37,401 nucleotides of DNA from Burkholderiales bacterium (GTDB lineage: Bacteria > Pseudomonadota > Gammaproteobacteria > Burkholderiales > Casimicrobiaceae): assembly GCA_043777615.1 (NCBI GenBank), contig JAYWHV010000243.1, forward strand, positions 1-37,401. Direction: 5' to 3'. Below, piece after piece: positions 35,619 through 37,401 of this stretch; position 1 is the first letter of the stretch; the number at the start of each line of letters is the position of its first letter. Made by a program: the position numbers and the translations under genes. The notes under the pieces were generated by a model that made no database searches, was not told where the DNA came from, and worked only from the letters and a program-made list of their open reading frames with translations.

Positions 35619-36290
35619 CTATTTCGCAGCGTAAATATGTTCCGGCTCTTCGTGGTCAACGACTTCTTTTTCTGCGTTTGAATCGGCGATCCACTGCTGC
35701 ATGGACGGGTGCGCCAGCATGGCTTTTATGTAGTCTGTGACCACCGGAGAACACTTGACGGCGTAAGTGTTGAACCGGAATACAACGGGCGCAAAGTAGG
35801 CATCTGCCACACTGAATTTTCCGTACATGAATGAACCGTCAGCGCCAAATTTCACACGCGCCTCAGCCCACAGCGCCTGGATGCGGTCGATGTCCTTCTG
35901 AACATCTTCACGCGGAACAGCAATCGGATAGCTTCGACGAACATTCATCGGCATCCAGTTGCGCACTGCCTGAAAACCCGAGTGCATTTCAGCACACGCA
36001 GAGCGCGCATGCGCTCGCGCTGCAGCATCAACAGGCCACATACCAGCGTGGAGTTCAGCCAGATACTCGCTAATCGCGAGCGAGTCCCACACCGTGATAA
36101 CGCCTTCAACGAGCACCGGCACTCTGCCGTTGGGCGAGCGCTTGCGCGACTGAATTTCAGCGGCGAATTCAGGTGTATCGAATACGTGGCGCTCTTCGGT
36201 GAACGGAACACCAAAAGCATGCAGCAGCAGCCACGGACGTAGTGACCAGGAAGAGTAGTTTTTGTTGCCAATCAGGAGGGTGTAGGACAT
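35619..36290 (-). CDS. Glutathione S-transferase family protein
   Basis: IGNKNYSSWSLRPWL, SPNGRVPVL, VWDSLAISEYLAE, AEMHSGF, ADAYFAPV. Confidence 0.92.
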   Translation of the reverse strand: MSYTLLIGNKNYSSWSLRPWLLLHAFGVPFTEERHVFDTPEFAAEIQSRKRSPNGRVPVLVEGVITVWDSLAISEYLAELHAGMWPVDAAARAHARSACAEMHSGFQAVRNWMPMNVRRSYPIAVPREDVQKDIDRIQALWAEARVKFGADGSFMYGKFSVADAYFAPVVFRFNTYAVKCSPVVTDYIKAMLAHPSMQQWIADSNAEKEVVDHEEPEHIYAAK

Positions 36291-36385
36291 AGCCGTGTTG
36301 TGTGGTGGATCGGGGCAACTACTTTAGTTTGTTCGGGCAAGCGATGTTTGCAAAATTTGCTGGGTAGACTGCGTCCGCTTCCGTT

Positions 36386-36404
36386 TCCCGTAGTGCGGGA
36401 CAGG
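36386..36404. repeat. Degenerate REP-like hairpin upstream of the GST gene
   Basis: TCCCGTAGTGCGGGACAGG differs by one base from TCCCGCAGTGCGGGACAGG in the 35574 copy. Confidence 0.6.
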
Positions 36405-36413
36405 AGCCAGCAA

Positions 36414-37401
36414 CTACTGCATTGGAATCGTCTTCCCGGGATTCATGATGTTGTGCGGATCGAGCGCCTGTTTGATCGTGCGCATTACATCAACGCCCTC
36501 GCCGTGTTCGGCTTTGAGGGCGTCGAGCTTGTGAATACCGATGCCGTGTTCGCCGGTGCAGGTGCCGCCCATTTCGATGGCGACCAATGCAATTCGCGAG
36601 GCTGCGTCGTCAGCGCGCTGATGCTCGTCCGCGTTGTTTGGATCGAACGTGATTTGCACATGAAAATTGCCATCGCCGACATGGCCTACAATCATGCAGA
36701 TCAGGCCGCTGGCGTCCGCGATGCGCTTGGCCTCGGTGATGCAATCGGCGAGTCGCGAAATTGGCACGCAGGTATCGGTGGCGAAACACTGCTTGCCTGG
36801 CACGAAGTTCATGCCTGCCCAGTACACATCGTGGCGCGCCTTCCACAACTTGCTGCGATCCTCCGGCTTGTCAGCGAAGCGGTAATCGCTGCCACCGCAA
36901 TCGGTAGTGATCGATTTCATCTGCTCAATCTGCTCGCTCACATAGGTGTCGGTGCCGTGGAACTCCATGAAGAGTGTTGGCACAGGTGCCAAACCTTCGA
37001 GCTTGCTGTACTTGATGCAGGCCTGCATTTGCATATCGTCCAGCAGTTCAATCCGCGCCATCGGAATACCCAATTGCATCGCAGTAATCACGGTGTTCAC
37101 CGCACCGCGCAAATCGGCAAATTGACAAACCGCTGCGCTGATGCGCTCGGGCACGCCGTACAGCTTCAACTGAATTTCGGTGATGATGCCGAGCGTGCCT
37201 TCGGAGCCAATGTAGAGCCGCGTGAGGTCGTAGCCAGCGCTTGATTTGCGAGCCCGAGTGCCGGTCTTGATGATTCGGCCGTCCGGCGTGATGACCGTCA
37301 GACCGAGTACGTTTTCGCGCATCGTGCCGTAGCGCACGGCGTTGGTTCCGCTGGCGCGCGTGGCGCTCATGCCACCGATGCTGGCATTGGCGCCCGGATC
37401 A
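36414..37401 (-). CDS. FAD-linked oxidase (D-lactate dehydrogenase/GlcD family), 5' end outside the window
   Basis: GTNAVRYG, TRARKSSAGYDLTRL, GSEGTLG, GHVGDGNFH, GEHGIG, ALDPHNIMNPGK; the frame is open to the window edge. Confidence 0.9.
   Translation of the reverse strand, partial: DPGANASIGGMSATRASGTNAVRYGTMRENVLGLTVITPDGRIIKTGTRARKSSAGYDLTRLYIGSEGTLGIITEIQLKLYGVPERISAAVCQFADLRGAVNTVITAMQLGIPMARIELLDDMQMQACIKYSKLEGLAPVPTLFMEFHGTDTYVSEQIEQMKSITTDCGGSDYRFADKPEDRSKLWKARHDVYWAGMNFVPGKQCFATDTCVPISRLADCITEAKRIADASGLICMIVGHVGDGNFHVQITFDPNNADEHQRADDAASRIALVAIEMGGTCTGEHGIGIHKLDALKAEHGEGVDVMRTIKQALDPHNIMNPGKTIPMQ

Overview
GC-rich, gene-dense chromosomal window from a bacterium, probably a betaproteobacterium (inferred from gene content). 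It holds about 34 mostly core genes: ACP/fabF, a PRC-barrel/DAGK/phosphoesterase/PAP2 cluster, alkB, aroC, an LplT-acyltransferase fusion, a hybrid ModA+TupABC oxyanion transporter with a divergent ModE-type regulator, YihY, SDR, a TonB-dependent receptor, a class III aminotransferase, creBCD, GGDEF, a CsgG-like lipoprotein, two GSTs, thyA, an Lhr-core helicase, glcEF and a partial FAD oxidase. I see no rRNA, tRNA, CRISPR array, transposase or integrase. The most striking unexplained signal is non-coding: three dispersed 118-bp dyad-symmetric elements (4814-4931, 20101-20218, 27546-27663). All six arms align without gaps, with invariant short motifs (CTTTT, GGG-x-T, central GTCGAC) at identical distances from the centre, while the sequence between the motifs has diverged. 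This pattern fits a large nucleoprotein-binding site better than an RNA hairpin or a young MITE. Also notable: a REP-like doublet inserted in frame in the helicase gene, an AT-richer NDT/TIR-fold gene behind thyA, and a ModA with an extra C-terminal domain. All calls come from reading the sequence by eye; no database searches were run.
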